Below are positions 22,544 to 33,617 of a stretch of 48,983 bases of DNA, in pieces. The notes beneath the pieces are model-generated. The model worked only from the letters and a program-made list of their open reading frames with translations. It was not told the origin of the DNA and ran no database searches. Every line of letters begins with the position of its first letter. Position 1 is the stretch's first letter. A program made the position numbers and the translations under genes. This DNA comes from Nemertoderma westbladi (lineage: Eukaryota > Animalia > Xenacoelomorpha): contig JAUCBJ010000876.1 of assembly GCA_032718475.1 (NCBI GenBank), positions 1-48,983 of the forward strand, given 5' to 3'.

Positions 22544-25216
22544 TTAAGCTCTTGTTGTTGTTTTTGGATTATTGTTACTGCAAGATAAATAAAATTTAGA
22601 GAAAGCGGTTGCTAATTCTGCGAAGGAGGGACGTTTCTGGGGCGCCTCGTCCATACAGCGGACTACCAAATCCCACACGGAGCGCATACATCGGGGCGGA
22701 CAGACGAGACTGAGACCGGGCCCGTTCATCGCCTCCAGCACCTCCTCGTCGGAGAGTGCGGAGAACGGGAGATCCCCGAGACTGAAAACCTCGAAGACAA
22801 AGACACCGAAGGCGTAAACGTCGGACTTCTGGGAGTAGGCCTCCTCCAAGGCGGCCTCTCCGGGCATCCAACGCAGCGGGATCACCCGCTTCTTGTACTC
22901 GTAGTACTCCGAGTTATAGACATCCCGACACAGACCCACTCGGGCAACTTTAATCTCCAACCCGGAGCTGACCAGACAGTTCCTGGCCGCCAGATCGCGA
23001 TGCTGTAGCCGCAGACTCGCCATGTACTCCATGGCCGCGAGGACCTGTCGACATATATGGAGTTTATGTGTGGAGGAGAGCGGGGGCGGGTTGGAGGCGA
23101 CCCCATTGTCGGGGTTACGGGTCGCCACTATGAACTTCTTAAGATCCCCCCAGTCTGTGTACTCCATGATCATATAGTTGGGTCCTTCGGCGTCCCGCGA
23201 AACCCCGACCAACTCTGCCACGTTGCGGTGCTCCAGACGGGACCAGATCTCGGCCTCCTGCTGGAAGTCGCCAACCTCCTCGCCTTCCTTCACCAACAAC
23301 GACTTGACCATGACGAGGAGCGGCTCAGCGGCTTTATTACCGTCGACGGAATCCTCGGGGGCTACGAACAAATTTGCGAGGAAGACATCCCCGTAGGTTC
23401 CCTTCCCGAGCATCGCGAGAGTCTCGAGGTGTCTGCGGTCTACCAGCGGGAGCTCCGTAACCTCCCCGTTACCCGTCACCGTCACCGACTGTAACGGAAC
23501 ACTCTCCGGTAACACGCCGTTGTTCTGCTGCTTGGCGGCGTTCCGTTGCCGGATGCGACGACGTCGCCGTTTACAGTAGATCGTGAGAGCGGCGACGAGG
23601 ACGATGTACGCCACCGCGCAGCCCACCGCGATCCCGATGGTCTTGGCGAACGATTTGGACGGGGTTACAGCCGTTACGGGGGTTACCGCGGCGTTACCAC
23701 CGTTCGGAGTCACTGTTACATCCACGATGCGGCTGTGCGCCAACCCCAACACGTTACCGAGGACGCAACGATAGGCCCCGGAGTCTCGAAGCCCCGCTGA
23801 TGGGATAAACAACTCCGCGGATTTAAACTTCTTATCCCCGATGGTCCAGGTAACGGTGGGTTGCGGGATACCGACGACGGTGCACCGCAGTCGCACCGGA
23901 GCCCCCTCGGACACCGTCACGGGGCCGGACACCGGGACCCCATCCGCGGACAACGCGGTCACCCTCGGAGGGAACCCAACGCGTACCTCGAAGGTGCGGC
24001 TGATATCGGCGGTCCCGTTGGTCGCGTTGCAACGGAACCGCATACCGTCGTGCGACCAGCTCACGTTCGTGAACCGAACGGCGATCCCGTCGATCTCAAA
24101 GGAGTTGGATATCGGTTCCAGGGCCTCCCACACGATCGTAGGAGCAGGGAACCCACGCACCTGGCATACTATAGAAATCTCGGTCTTATTCAGTTCGATA
24201 AAGATACTGGTCTTGTTACTTTTGAAGGCGAGAACCGGATTCACCAGGATTTTCGAGTAGAACTCCCTACGGACGCCCTTAGCGGAGGTCAGCACACAGC
24301 TGACGTGGGAATTCCCGTCCGCGAGTGAGGCGGAGGAGATGAGCAACGTATTAGTGTCCGAATCCACCAGATAACCGGGGATACCGACCACGCTAGTGGG
24401 AGTAAGCCTATCGCCGTTTACCTCGGTATACTTGAACCACTCGACGCGTCCGCCTTCCTCCTCAGGTTCGCATTGGAATCTCGCCGGGTCGCCCTCCCAG
24501 ACTGTCACAAACTTCGCCGGCTCCTCCACTAACGTAGGGAGTGGCAACACCGAAACGGTTACCTCACGATATATTTTAGCAGCAGAATTAGATGCTGTGC
24601 AGGTGTAGACCCCAGAGTCATTGATTGTCGCATCCTTCACGTTTAAAACTAACGAATTATCGGTATCCTCGGTGTAAACTCTCCCGTTAGAATTTCCGAT
24701 GACTTTGGATTGTTCCGAGGACCACGTTAACTCCACCGTTGGACTACCCACGGGCCGGTAACACACATACTTTAATTTTGCTCCCACAAATGTTAATTCG
24801 GGCGCCATCCCAATAACTGTAAAGTTATCCGATATGTACTGAATGCTCAGTTCAATGGACCCTTGAATCTGTTTGCTTAGATTAGGGGCATTTACTTTGC
24901 ATACAAATCTACCGTTATCCTCAGCATGAGATAAATTCGTAATATACAACTTATTCTCATAAATGTTAATTCGAGTTGAGTTAATAAGTATATTTTTATG
25001 GCGTACCCATGTGTACATCGGTACGTTAAGCTGTTTGTCATTCACATCGCAAGTCAACGTAAGGTTAAGACCTTCAGTTAAAAGATCATTAGACAACCCA
25101 TTAATTGTCACATCAACACATCTACCTCCTTGAAAAACAGTCAGCAAGAAGAAGAACCCGACCATTAACGGAACTTCCATATACCGAGATGTTCTTTGAT
25201 GTACGATTGGAAACAT
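22544..25216 (-). CDS. PTK7: Inactive tyrosine-protein kinase 7 (PTK7/CCK4/Off-track family) receptor pseudokinase, single coding exon, ~890 aa
   Basis: Signal peptide (MEVPLMVGFFFLLTVFQGGRC) and five Ig-like Cys pairs. TM TIGIAVGCAVAYIVLVAALTIYCKRR is typical of PTK7. Kinase fold with LVMVKSL, HRDLAARNCLVS, DFG replaced by RVG, DVYNSEYY, PLRWM, KSDVYAFGV. First ATG at 25216, alternative at 25180. Confidence 0.93.
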   Translation of the reverse strand: MFPIVHQRTSRYMEVPLMVGFFFLLTVFQGGRCVDVTINGLSNDLLTEGLNLTLTCDVNDKQLNVPMYTWVRHKNILINSTRINIYENKLYITNLSHAEDNGRFVCKVNAPNLSKQIQGSIELSIQYISDNFTVIGMAPELTFVGAKLKYVCYRPVGSPTVELTWSSEQSKVIGNSNGRVYTEDTDNSLVLNVKDATINDSGVYTCTASNSAAKIYREVTVSVLPLPTLVEEPAKFVTVWEGDPARFQCEPEEEGGRVEWFKYTEVNGDRLTPTSVVGIPGYLVDSDTNTLLISSASLADGNSHVSCVLTSAKGVRREFYSKILVNPVLAFKSNKTSIFIELNKTEISIVCQVRGFPAPTIVWEALEPISNSFEIDGIAVRFTNVSWSHDGMRFRCNATNGTADISRTFEVRVGFPPRVTALSADGVPVSGPVTVSEGAPVRLRCTVVGIPQPTVTWTIGDKKFKSAELFIPSAGLRDSGAYRCVLGNVLGLAHSRIVDVTVTPNGGNAAVTPVTAVTPSKSFAKTIGIAVGCAVAYIVLVAALTIYCKRRRRRIRQRNAAKQQNNGVLPESVPLQSVTVTGNGEVTELPLVDRRHLETLAMLGKGTYGDVFLANLFVAPEDSVDGNKAAEPLLVMVKSLLVKEGEEVGDFQQEAEIWSRLEHRNVAELVGVSRDAEGPNYMIMEYTDWGDLKKFIVATRNPDNGVASNPPPLSSTHKLHICRQVLAAMEYMASLRLQHRDLAARNCLVSSGLEIKVARVGLCRDVYNSEYYEYKKRVIPLRWMPGEAALEEAYSQKSDVYAFGVFVFEVFSLGDLPFSALSDEEVLEAMNGPGLSLVCPPRCMRSVWDLVVRCMDEAPQKRPSFAELATAFSKFYLSCSNNNPKTTTRA

Positions 25217-26459
25217 AATTATATTATATATTCTATTTAAAATCAAATCAGAAAACAAATAGAGTACACTGGTAAACCTACCTAATATCGGAATATATGT
25301 ACGTGAAATAATTGTATGTATCGTTTATACGGCCTAATCAATACGCCTAAATACTGTAATACCTTATAGGCCGGCCTTCTCACTAGTTCAAAGTCCGTAT
25401 CAAGCTTGTCCCTATCGCCCCTCCCTCCCTACCCTACCACCCCGTCCTCCATGTTATCTTATTTACATTTACACACCTGAGAACTTGAGAACCTCAGATT
25501 AGATACAGACTGCGCTTTGTTACCTCTCCTTGTCAACTGTCGTCGGCACTTACTGACTTTCCTAGTCGGATTAGGTATGCCTCACCAGCTAGGCCTAATT
25601 AATATAACAAGCACCCTGCCATTAATTTCCTTAAAATGTGCAATTATGTGTTAAAAATCTAGGACCTACCATAACTCTCAAAACACTAATAGGGCTAATT
25701 ACATTTTAAAACATGCCCCGCTCCAACTACATTGACCACTCCAGTTCTAATGCTCTGTAATGAGCTTTAAATCAGCTTCACACCACACTGAGAAGAGGTG
25801 TAGGCCTACCGCTACTGATACGGTCTGACGGTAACGGTAACAACACGCCGGTAAAAAAATGTGCAAATTTATCAAGTGAAAAATGTGCCAAGTTTCGGCA
25901 AAATGGGCAATAAATCAATAAATAACAGAAATAATAACAGCAAAACCACACCACTACCTGTCTACACTCTACAGTATATTAGATTAGTAGGCCTAGTATA
26001 TATAGCATAGATATTCAGGTATAAAGATTTAAAGAACTTAACCATAAATTGGGATCAGCTTGGCTAGTTATTAATACATGAATAACGAGGTCGTGAGCTG
26101 TCAATACAACTGTAATTCACACTAATTAATGATATATCCTAATATTATGGTTGTTCTGTTTTTCTGTTTTTTAATCAGTAATTTGAATCTACAAACAATG
26201 GGGGTGAGGTGAGTACAAAACAAAAGACCCAATTATAAAGACCTGCATAAAATCTTGCAACATGTGTTAGTGTTGCACACTAACACACCCAAAAAACTTA
26301 CCCAAAAAGACAAAATAACTTATATCCTATAAAAAGGTATAAACTGATAAAGTTATAGTAGTATAGGGATCCTATGTGTTTCGGTATCAGGGAATCGGTG
26401 GTAGTGCGATTTAGTATTTTGGTTAGGTTAGATATTGAATAGGCCATTGTTGACAATAC

Positions 26460-27020
26460 TACACTTTTGCTGGCAAAGTCTATTGTCTGATTGTGATTAT
26501 TCAGCTGCTACTGATACCGCTTTGCATGCCAAACCAAAGTTACTACGTCAAGTTAAATTTGTATGGCACAAAGCTACAAAGGATCAGTTCTTACATTACT
26601 CAACCTCCATTGACAAGGCTTTAATTGACATGCAACATTTTCTTCAGTTCAGGGAACACTCAGTGACAAATTTGAATATTGCAGCAGAAAATCCAAGGGA
26701 CACAATTTACAACTGCGCAGCGCACTATCCTATATTCCTGTAACAAAAACGGTTAAGTGTTCAAGGATTATTAGAATCCGCACCAAACTGTTAAAACAGA
26801 AATGCAAAGTAACCAAAGGCCTTTATAATATGTGGTCTTCGCACGATAAGGACCCCAACAGTCCTCTTGCAGAGAAATTCAAGTCTTCTAAACGAACAAC
26901 ACGTAATCTGAAAAATTTCTTATCTAGAAATCTAGTTGCTGACAAGGTAAACAAATGGTCTAGCAAACCTAGATCCAATCCAAGACAATTCTGGTTCCAA
27001 GTGAATAACAAAGACATACA
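26460..27020 (+). mobile_element. Degenerate LINE ORF2 remnant (EN-RT linker, CR1/L2-like)
   Basis: Broken frames FVWHKAT...YSTSIDKAL and KFKSSKR...SNPRQFWFQV resemble LINE linker motifs. Confidence 0.45.
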
Positions 27021-27304
27021 TGGTATACAATGGAATTTCATATTATACGATACCAATATATATTATACCAATAAATTTGGTGCAGATAAAGGAACACAGG
27101 AGAATTTAGAGTCACTACATTCTCCTGTGATGAGCCTCTGTAACCGACCCCTTTACTAACCTGCTCCTATAAATGGCAATGGGACCTAGGACGTATCGCT
27201 CTTTGGGACCTATCGCGGCTTTACCTCTTTGTTTTGTACAGAATGCAGAACGGTTAAAGTCTTGGCTGCTTGGTGCCATAACATAAGTGCTAAACGTTAC
27301 GTAC

Positions 27305-28763
27305 CCGGTGCGCGGTGCCCGGTTGAAATTCACTAGTGTATTCTCACTCCGGGGTCTGGGGGTGTGTGTATTTTCCCTAGTGTAATTTAACCCCCTCCAG
27401 TGAAAATTCACCCCTGCATTATCAATTTTCACCCTGTGCAAAATTAATTTCCCTAGTGTATTCTCACTCCCGGTATAATATTTTACATCTTCTACAGTAA
27501 TATTCTCAAATCTATATAAAATTACCTAATTAACTAAAACTGTAAAACTGCTAATTACTGAATTAACTATTAAGAAATGCCAAATAATGAAAAAATTTAT
27601 TAATTATTGATGCATTGATTAAATTAAAAATATTAATTTGTACATAAAATGCCACAATTCCTAAAAATACGCACTGTGTAATAATTGCGTAATAATAATT
27701 TTCGTATTGAATTAAAAAAACATATTAAAAACGATCGATTATTAAAAAATTACTTATGCCTATAATAATAAATTATACAATGAACTAAAAAAAACTATTA
27801 TTAAAAATTGATTAATTATTGATTAGGTACGGCTGTACGGTACCGGTACATGAATAATTCCGGCATCCATACCGGCAAAAATAATACCGGAATGGTTCGT
27901 ATAACTGTATAAAATGTCACAATTCCACGTATGACATACCTCGTGGCCGTGGGTAATTTCATTCCCATGGAGCAGCGACCACACGTAGGAGGTGTTTCAG
28001 GACCGAGACCGTGTTTTATCCAGCACTGAAATTCCGCTTTAGATGAAGTACTGAAGTATGCCTATCTTTCTAGAAAATACATTTTTTGTTTTTTTCACGT
28101 GCTGCGCGAAGGGCACAACGTCCTCTTCTGCCGTAAAATTTTATAGTAAAGTAGGATTAGGAATACACCCTACTACAAGTATACAGCTCGGTTTAAGCCT
28201 GTATTGCTGTAAGCAGGAAGGTTGCAGTGCAGTCAGCTAATCAGGTTACAGTACAGCAGTAGCCAGTAGGCCTAATAGGGAATAATACACTATAATACAG
28301 TGACAGTCAGACAGTAATACAGTTCTGCAGTTAATAACAGAATAATAGTATAGGACAGTAGGCAGGCAGGCAGGTCTGCTGTCTGCAGGCAGGCAGGTAG
28401 GACAGTAGGACTGTAGGATGGAGGCACCCAAACAGGAGTGAGCCGGTATCTGCGGTCGTCTGTTCGCTTAACTGTAGTACTGTAGGCTTATATCGAATTT
28501 AAATTAGGCCCTATATCAAACTTTAAAATATCATGGCAGCATGGCACATGGGGGGTAAAGAATACACTGCTGCACTGAGAGGGGTCAAATTTCACAAAAA
28601 AAGTACCCAGAGTAGTTTCACCCCCCGTTAAAATACCCTAGTGAATTCTAACCGGGGTGGGGGGGGGGGGGGTGAAAGAAAACACACTACCGGTACCGGT
28701 AGGCCTAGTGAATTTTAACCGGGGGTGAATTTTTAGGGGGGTGGAAATTCTCTGCTACACCGG
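27305..28763. mobile_element. Foldback/MULE-like element with repetitive inverted arms
   Basis: CCGGTG...CACCGG ends; left CCGGTTGAAATTCACTAGTGTATTCTCAC mirrored by right CTAGTGAATTTTAACCGG repeats. TSD not evident. Confidence 0.6.
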
Positions 28764-29855
28764 TCTCCCGGAGCCGGACACCCGTAAGCGGTACCGAACC
28801 GACCGATCCGATCCCGATGATACACCTTACCTTACAGCCTTACTCTGTTACTGCACTGCCACGCTCTATACCATGCAGCCATGCCACTGCCACGCCACCG
28901 CCACGCCCACATGCCATAGACAGATAGACCATACTGCCATTGGCCCAATGGCAGAATGGCCCATTGCTGCATTGCCATAGACTAACCAATACATGCAATA
29001 GGCAAGCCATTACAGCGTTAAGCATTTCGCTGCTTTGTACACGTACACGTACCGGTACCGTACGTGTTAACCCATTCATTATTCCATTATATTACTGTAA
29101 ATTGTAATACGGTACCGGTAATTGTATACTTCTGTACTTAGTGAATATATTATAGGCCTACTTGTGACCTCCTACATAGTCGAGTCATGTTTGTTTAGTT
29201 TAAGAAGATATAATTTGTTTCCATTTGCGTCTCTATCAGTCTATTATTGTTTCTATAGTCTGATAGTGTTTTGGTGTAATAAAAAAACTTCAAACGTCTG
29301 TAAGTGTACGGTACTGGACTGGTAGTGGTACTTGTGTGTGTGTACGACTACGACACGACAGCACGACGTGACACTACAACAGCTGAACAGTACAATGCTA
29401 GCACTGTAGCAGGCTAGAGTCAGACAGTATCAATTATTGTCAGTTACCGGTACCGTTTTTTCTGTCTTTCAATTCACCACACTCTGTCTATCTGATGTCT
29501 TGAACATGAACATACTTTCAGACATTAATGTACCGGTACCTAAAAAAACATATCGCTATTGCACAACAACATTCAGCACAATTCACAGTTAGAAAGAATA
29601 ATATTAATGGTTAACTAGGCACCTATATAACGTTTGGAATGCCTAAGGTAAGGAATTTGTAACCGTGTGGTGGTTGGTTGTTGATGGCAGTTAGCTTAGT
29701 CATAGCAAGTGTTCACAGCCAATGGCTTACATTATATAAACGCCCCCTTGTGTTTAGGAATGAGTATTTCATTTTTTATTGTTTGTTGCGTACAATCTGT
29801 GCACTTCACAAGATTTATATAGTAAACAGTATACATACCATGTCCTGGAATAGTA

Positions 29856-29877
29856 CCGTAACACAGTGGCATGCCCA

Positions 29878-29909
<32 letters not shown>

Positions 29910-31588
29910 ATTTTTCTAAAAATAAATATTAATGAGATTGCATGAAATTTGAAACAGAGTTAGTTTAACCTCCCCCTCCTTATTGGGCGAGCTATGTAGG
30001 CCTTTTATGTATGTATTTGTTTCCGTTGCAGGTCATTTATTCTCTTGCACAAACACACCTTGTTCTAAAACATTTTGTTTATTAATGAATATCCATATGG
30101 GCAATTACTTTAATTTTTGACATCAGATTGAATAAATGAGACAAATTACTCATCTTTCCAAATAGCGCAAATACTCTGCATTGGGAAACGATGTTATTCT
30201 TAAACAGTTGACTTTTAAAAAGGTGTCGTACGTTAAAAAATAGGACACTTTTTATTGTACATATTTTATTTTTGATTGCAATTAATGCCGAAGACAGGTC
30301 TGTTATTATTGTTGGGCTCAAAATGTAGCTCAACTATTATATTTTTCAAAAAGGCTTTCGCAATTGCACTGCAGATCCTCTGAAGCCGGTATTTGCAATT
30401 CAACGTTGTGCGGAAGGGTGTCGGACGTTTCGTGTTGGACGTTACATAAAAATTGGCAATATTTAGCCACCTCAGTCACCTTTATTTTTCGTCTTTGGAA
30501 TGTACTCTAGATATCAATAGATCCGCATTCATCTGCAGATTCCGAATCTGAAAACCATTTTAAATTTCACCAACAATTGCCAAATATATTATAAAAATAC
30601 TAAGGTGTAAATTTTGAGTCGCAAATAGCAATTATTTAAAACTATTTTTAATTATTTATTTATTTTATTATTAAAAAACATATGGACAAAAAGATTTGAT
30701 GTTTGAGGGCCTAGTACTTAGTAGTAGGCCTACATCCATATAAACAATCAGTTCTGGAATATGCCTTTACACTATACACTGCAATTTACAGTAGACATTA
30801 AATACATAATAATAATAGTGTAAGACGTTACTAAACTTCATTCACTGAAATCACAGCCTTTATGGTAGCCTGGATTGCTATAAATGGCACAAGAGACGCC
30901 ATCTTACGTCGGCATTGAGTAATTTTAATTTCGATATTATTTTCCATACAATAGAAAAGTAATTGAGAAAAAATGTAAAAAAAAGTGTCGGACGTTACAA
31001 TTAGGTACAGGTAGCTTTTAATGCTTATTGTATGTATGAAAAACGTTCTATGTTTATGGCGTAGAACTACCTCATTGGAATGTGCATTTGCGGCTGATTA
31101 CAATGATACAGTAGCCTATGTGGATAAACAGTAAAAAAATATTTCGCCTTGAATTTTTGTATTTTTTTAGGTTTTACCTTAGTCTTGATGATGGTCGATA
31201 TAATCGCAAAATTTCCAACTTTATACCCTCAAATAAATGTAAATTTTGTCAAATTAAAAAAAAAATTTAAGTTTTATTTTTTTCATGTCGTGTCCCATTT
31301 TCTGTGGAAATGCCCATATACTAGTATTAATTTCTTATAGCATTGTTGCCAAGCTACTTATCAGATTAACAAAATGTTCTAGAACATGGTCTATTTATAA
31401 AATAGAATGAATTACCTGCATGCGACATTCGAATGCCCATACCTCAGCTATTTCCCAACCAAATTCATATGTTTTCACATATTAGGAATCTCTGTTTCAA
31501 ATTTCATGCAATCTCATTAAGATTGTTGAAGAATATTTATTTTCTTTTTTGTGGGGGGGGGGGGGGGGGGGATGCCACTGATTTACGG
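29856..31588. mobile_element. Palindromic MITE (CCGTA...TACGG ends, Tc1/mariner-like) with a nested insertion
   Basis: CAGTGGCAT+polyC / polyG+ATGCCACTG; internal inverted pair TTAATGAGATTGCATGAAATTTGAAACAGAG / CTCTGTTTCAAATTTCATGCAATCTCATTAA. Confidence 0.65.
30099..31315. mobile_element. Nested non-autonomous DNA transposon, Sola-like
   Basis: GGGCA...TGCCC termini with ATAT on both sides; internal GTGTCGGACGTT repeats. Confidence 0.5.
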
Positions 31589-31725
31589 TTTACTGGTTTA
31601 CTTTATCCATTTTTGGGTTTCTCTGGATATTTATCTAGGTACAGGTATGGATGGTATTTAGTAGGACTAATTGACTTGTTTCATTGTTACTTTCTTGTCA
31701 ACCCGTAGTGATACACCTAGTAGAT

Positions 31726-32907
31726 GGTGTTCGGACACTTCCCCCTGGACACTTCCCCCCCGGACAGTTCCCCCCGCTCAAGTAGGACACTTCCCCCCCG
31801 GACACTTCCCCCCAGACACTTCCCCCCCGCGGACACTTCCCCCCCCCGACTGTTCTTAACTTCGCACATTCGTATTTTTCATTTTGTAAGGTAAACGGAC
31901 CGCTTGTATCCAGATAAGTTGTATCCAATTTTCCTTTCGTAGCTCAGAAAGTGATCTTTTGCATCCCGATTTTACATTTTATATCCAAGTTTTATTTATG
32001 GGTTTTATCAATGCAATTACATCGTATTGTTTGCTAATCTTTAAACAATTAATTATATTAGATGACCTATAAATTCCATCCCCGGAATGATATACTGTTT
32101 TTATTAACTATAGAATTATAATAATTAATTGTTTTAATTATAGGTATTACTATGTAATAGTCTTCTTCAAATTGTAGCAGATGGGGATGGATATTATTGT
32201 TGCAATCAAAGTTATACCTCTCCTACTATTACATATTGATATATATATATTACTACTATACATACTATATAGATATTATACACACTACATATTAAATTTC
32301 CTGGTTACTTGCAATATTTTTTATAGGATTTTGTTGAATTATATAATATTGTAGTAATTTATATATAAAATTGGTTAACATTCAATACAGCTCCTACTTT
32401 AGGCTTAGTCAATTTATTATTTGATGATACAAACATGAAATAATTATTTCAAAGTGGTCTTAAGTCTTTCACCACGGGCACTCAGGGAAATGCCGGGGTC
32501 TGGGGGCGATAACCCCCAATAAAAGAAGCGGGTGTTTGGGGGCGGCAGCCCCCAAGAAAAGAAGCGGGGGTTTGGGGGCGGCAGACCCCAACAAAAGAAG
32601 CGGGGGTTTGGGGGCGGCAGCCCCCAATTAAAATAAATTAAAAGAATTAAAGGAATTAAAAGAAAAACAAACAAAATTTGACTATAAAAATGTTTCTTTT
32701 ATAATTTTGAAAAAACTTGTCTAGATACAACTTGTCTTGTAACCATCTTTAACTTTTGTTTATTGCTTTGATGCACCCAGATTAATTTCAACACTTTAAC
32801 TGGGGGGGAAGTGTCCGGGGGGCAAGTGTCCGGGGGGGGAAGTGTCCGGGGGGAAGTGTCCTACTTGGGCGGGGGGGAAGTGTCCGGGGGGGAAGTGTCC
32901 TAGATCC
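31726..32907. mobile_element. MULE/foldback-type MITE
   Basis: Perfect 9-bp TSD CTAGTAGAT (31717-31725, 32908-32916), GG...CC ends, inverted arrays of GGACACTTCCCCCC, internal GGGGGCGGCAGCCCCCA repeats. Confidence 0.88.
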
Positions 32908-33426
32908 CTAGTAGATAACTGTATGTAGAGGCAGAGTCGGAAGATGTTCAGAGTCGGAAGATGTTCAGCAAATCTTAGATCGGATGAGCATAAGCTCAAA
33001 GGATGGTATGCTTGAGTATGTGGGCGACTTCGCGTGGGTTCATGGATCCGGAAGTAAGATGAGGACCTTCGAACGCCTAAGGGAAAAACATGGGCAGCAT
33101 TGAATATGCTTTCCAAGATTTGGAAGTCACCGAGAATTAATCGGAAACTTAAGGTCCGATTATTTAGAGCAGCAGTAGTTCCAGTACTCCTCTATGGGAG
33201 TCCATGCTGGGCTCTAACTGCTGAGGACACCAAATCTCTGGATGGCACATTCACAAGAATGCTACGCCGGGTTCACTGTGTCAAGTACAATGCACAAATC
33301 TCCAACCAGACACTATATAACATTGGAGGTGTCTCATTGGTTCCCCCAAGCTTGACAAAGCCGCCTCCGCTTTGCAGGAGATTGTTTTCGCCGTGAGGAC
33401 CAGCCAGTGCATAAACTTGTGCTTTG

Positions 33427-33617
33427 ATATTGTAACAAGTTGTTCAGAAGTGGAAAAAATAAGAAAGTGCGTCACTGGGGGTTGAACCAGCGCTATACGT
33501 ACATTTCGGCCTAACAAGCCTCTTCAGTAGCACTAATAGGTTCAGCCACTCTCCCCAGACATTCACCTTCGTAGTTATTCCACTTCTACTGAACAGGCAG
33601 TCTTTAGTTGCATTTCC
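33427..33617 (-). mobile_element. Penelope-like pseudo-LTR fragment inserted in the RTE copy
   Basis: Absent from the RTE paralog; flanked by TGCTTTG (33420-33426, 33618-33624); contains a hammerhead motif. Confidence 0.65.
33489..33534 (-). ncRNA. Minimal type I hammerhead ribozyme motif
   Basis: AGTGCTA-CTGAAGA-GGCTT.GTT.AGGCC-GAAA-TGTACG-TA-TAGCGCT: stems I, II and a short stem III; GUA cleavage triplet. Confidence 0.8.

Noticed and set aside
22596-24608. Overlapping ORFs in other frames and on the strand opposite PTK7
   Set aside because: Shadow ORFs expected from GC-rich coding sequence.
25217-25258. N-terminal extension in the ORF track (MFSDLILN...)
   Set aside because: Begins at TTG and looks like an intron acceptor tract; the first ATG is at 25216.
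29639-29654. ATGCCTAAG|GTAAGG as a plus-strand first coding exon
   Set aside because: No downstream plus-strand exons identified; the signal is short enough to be chance.
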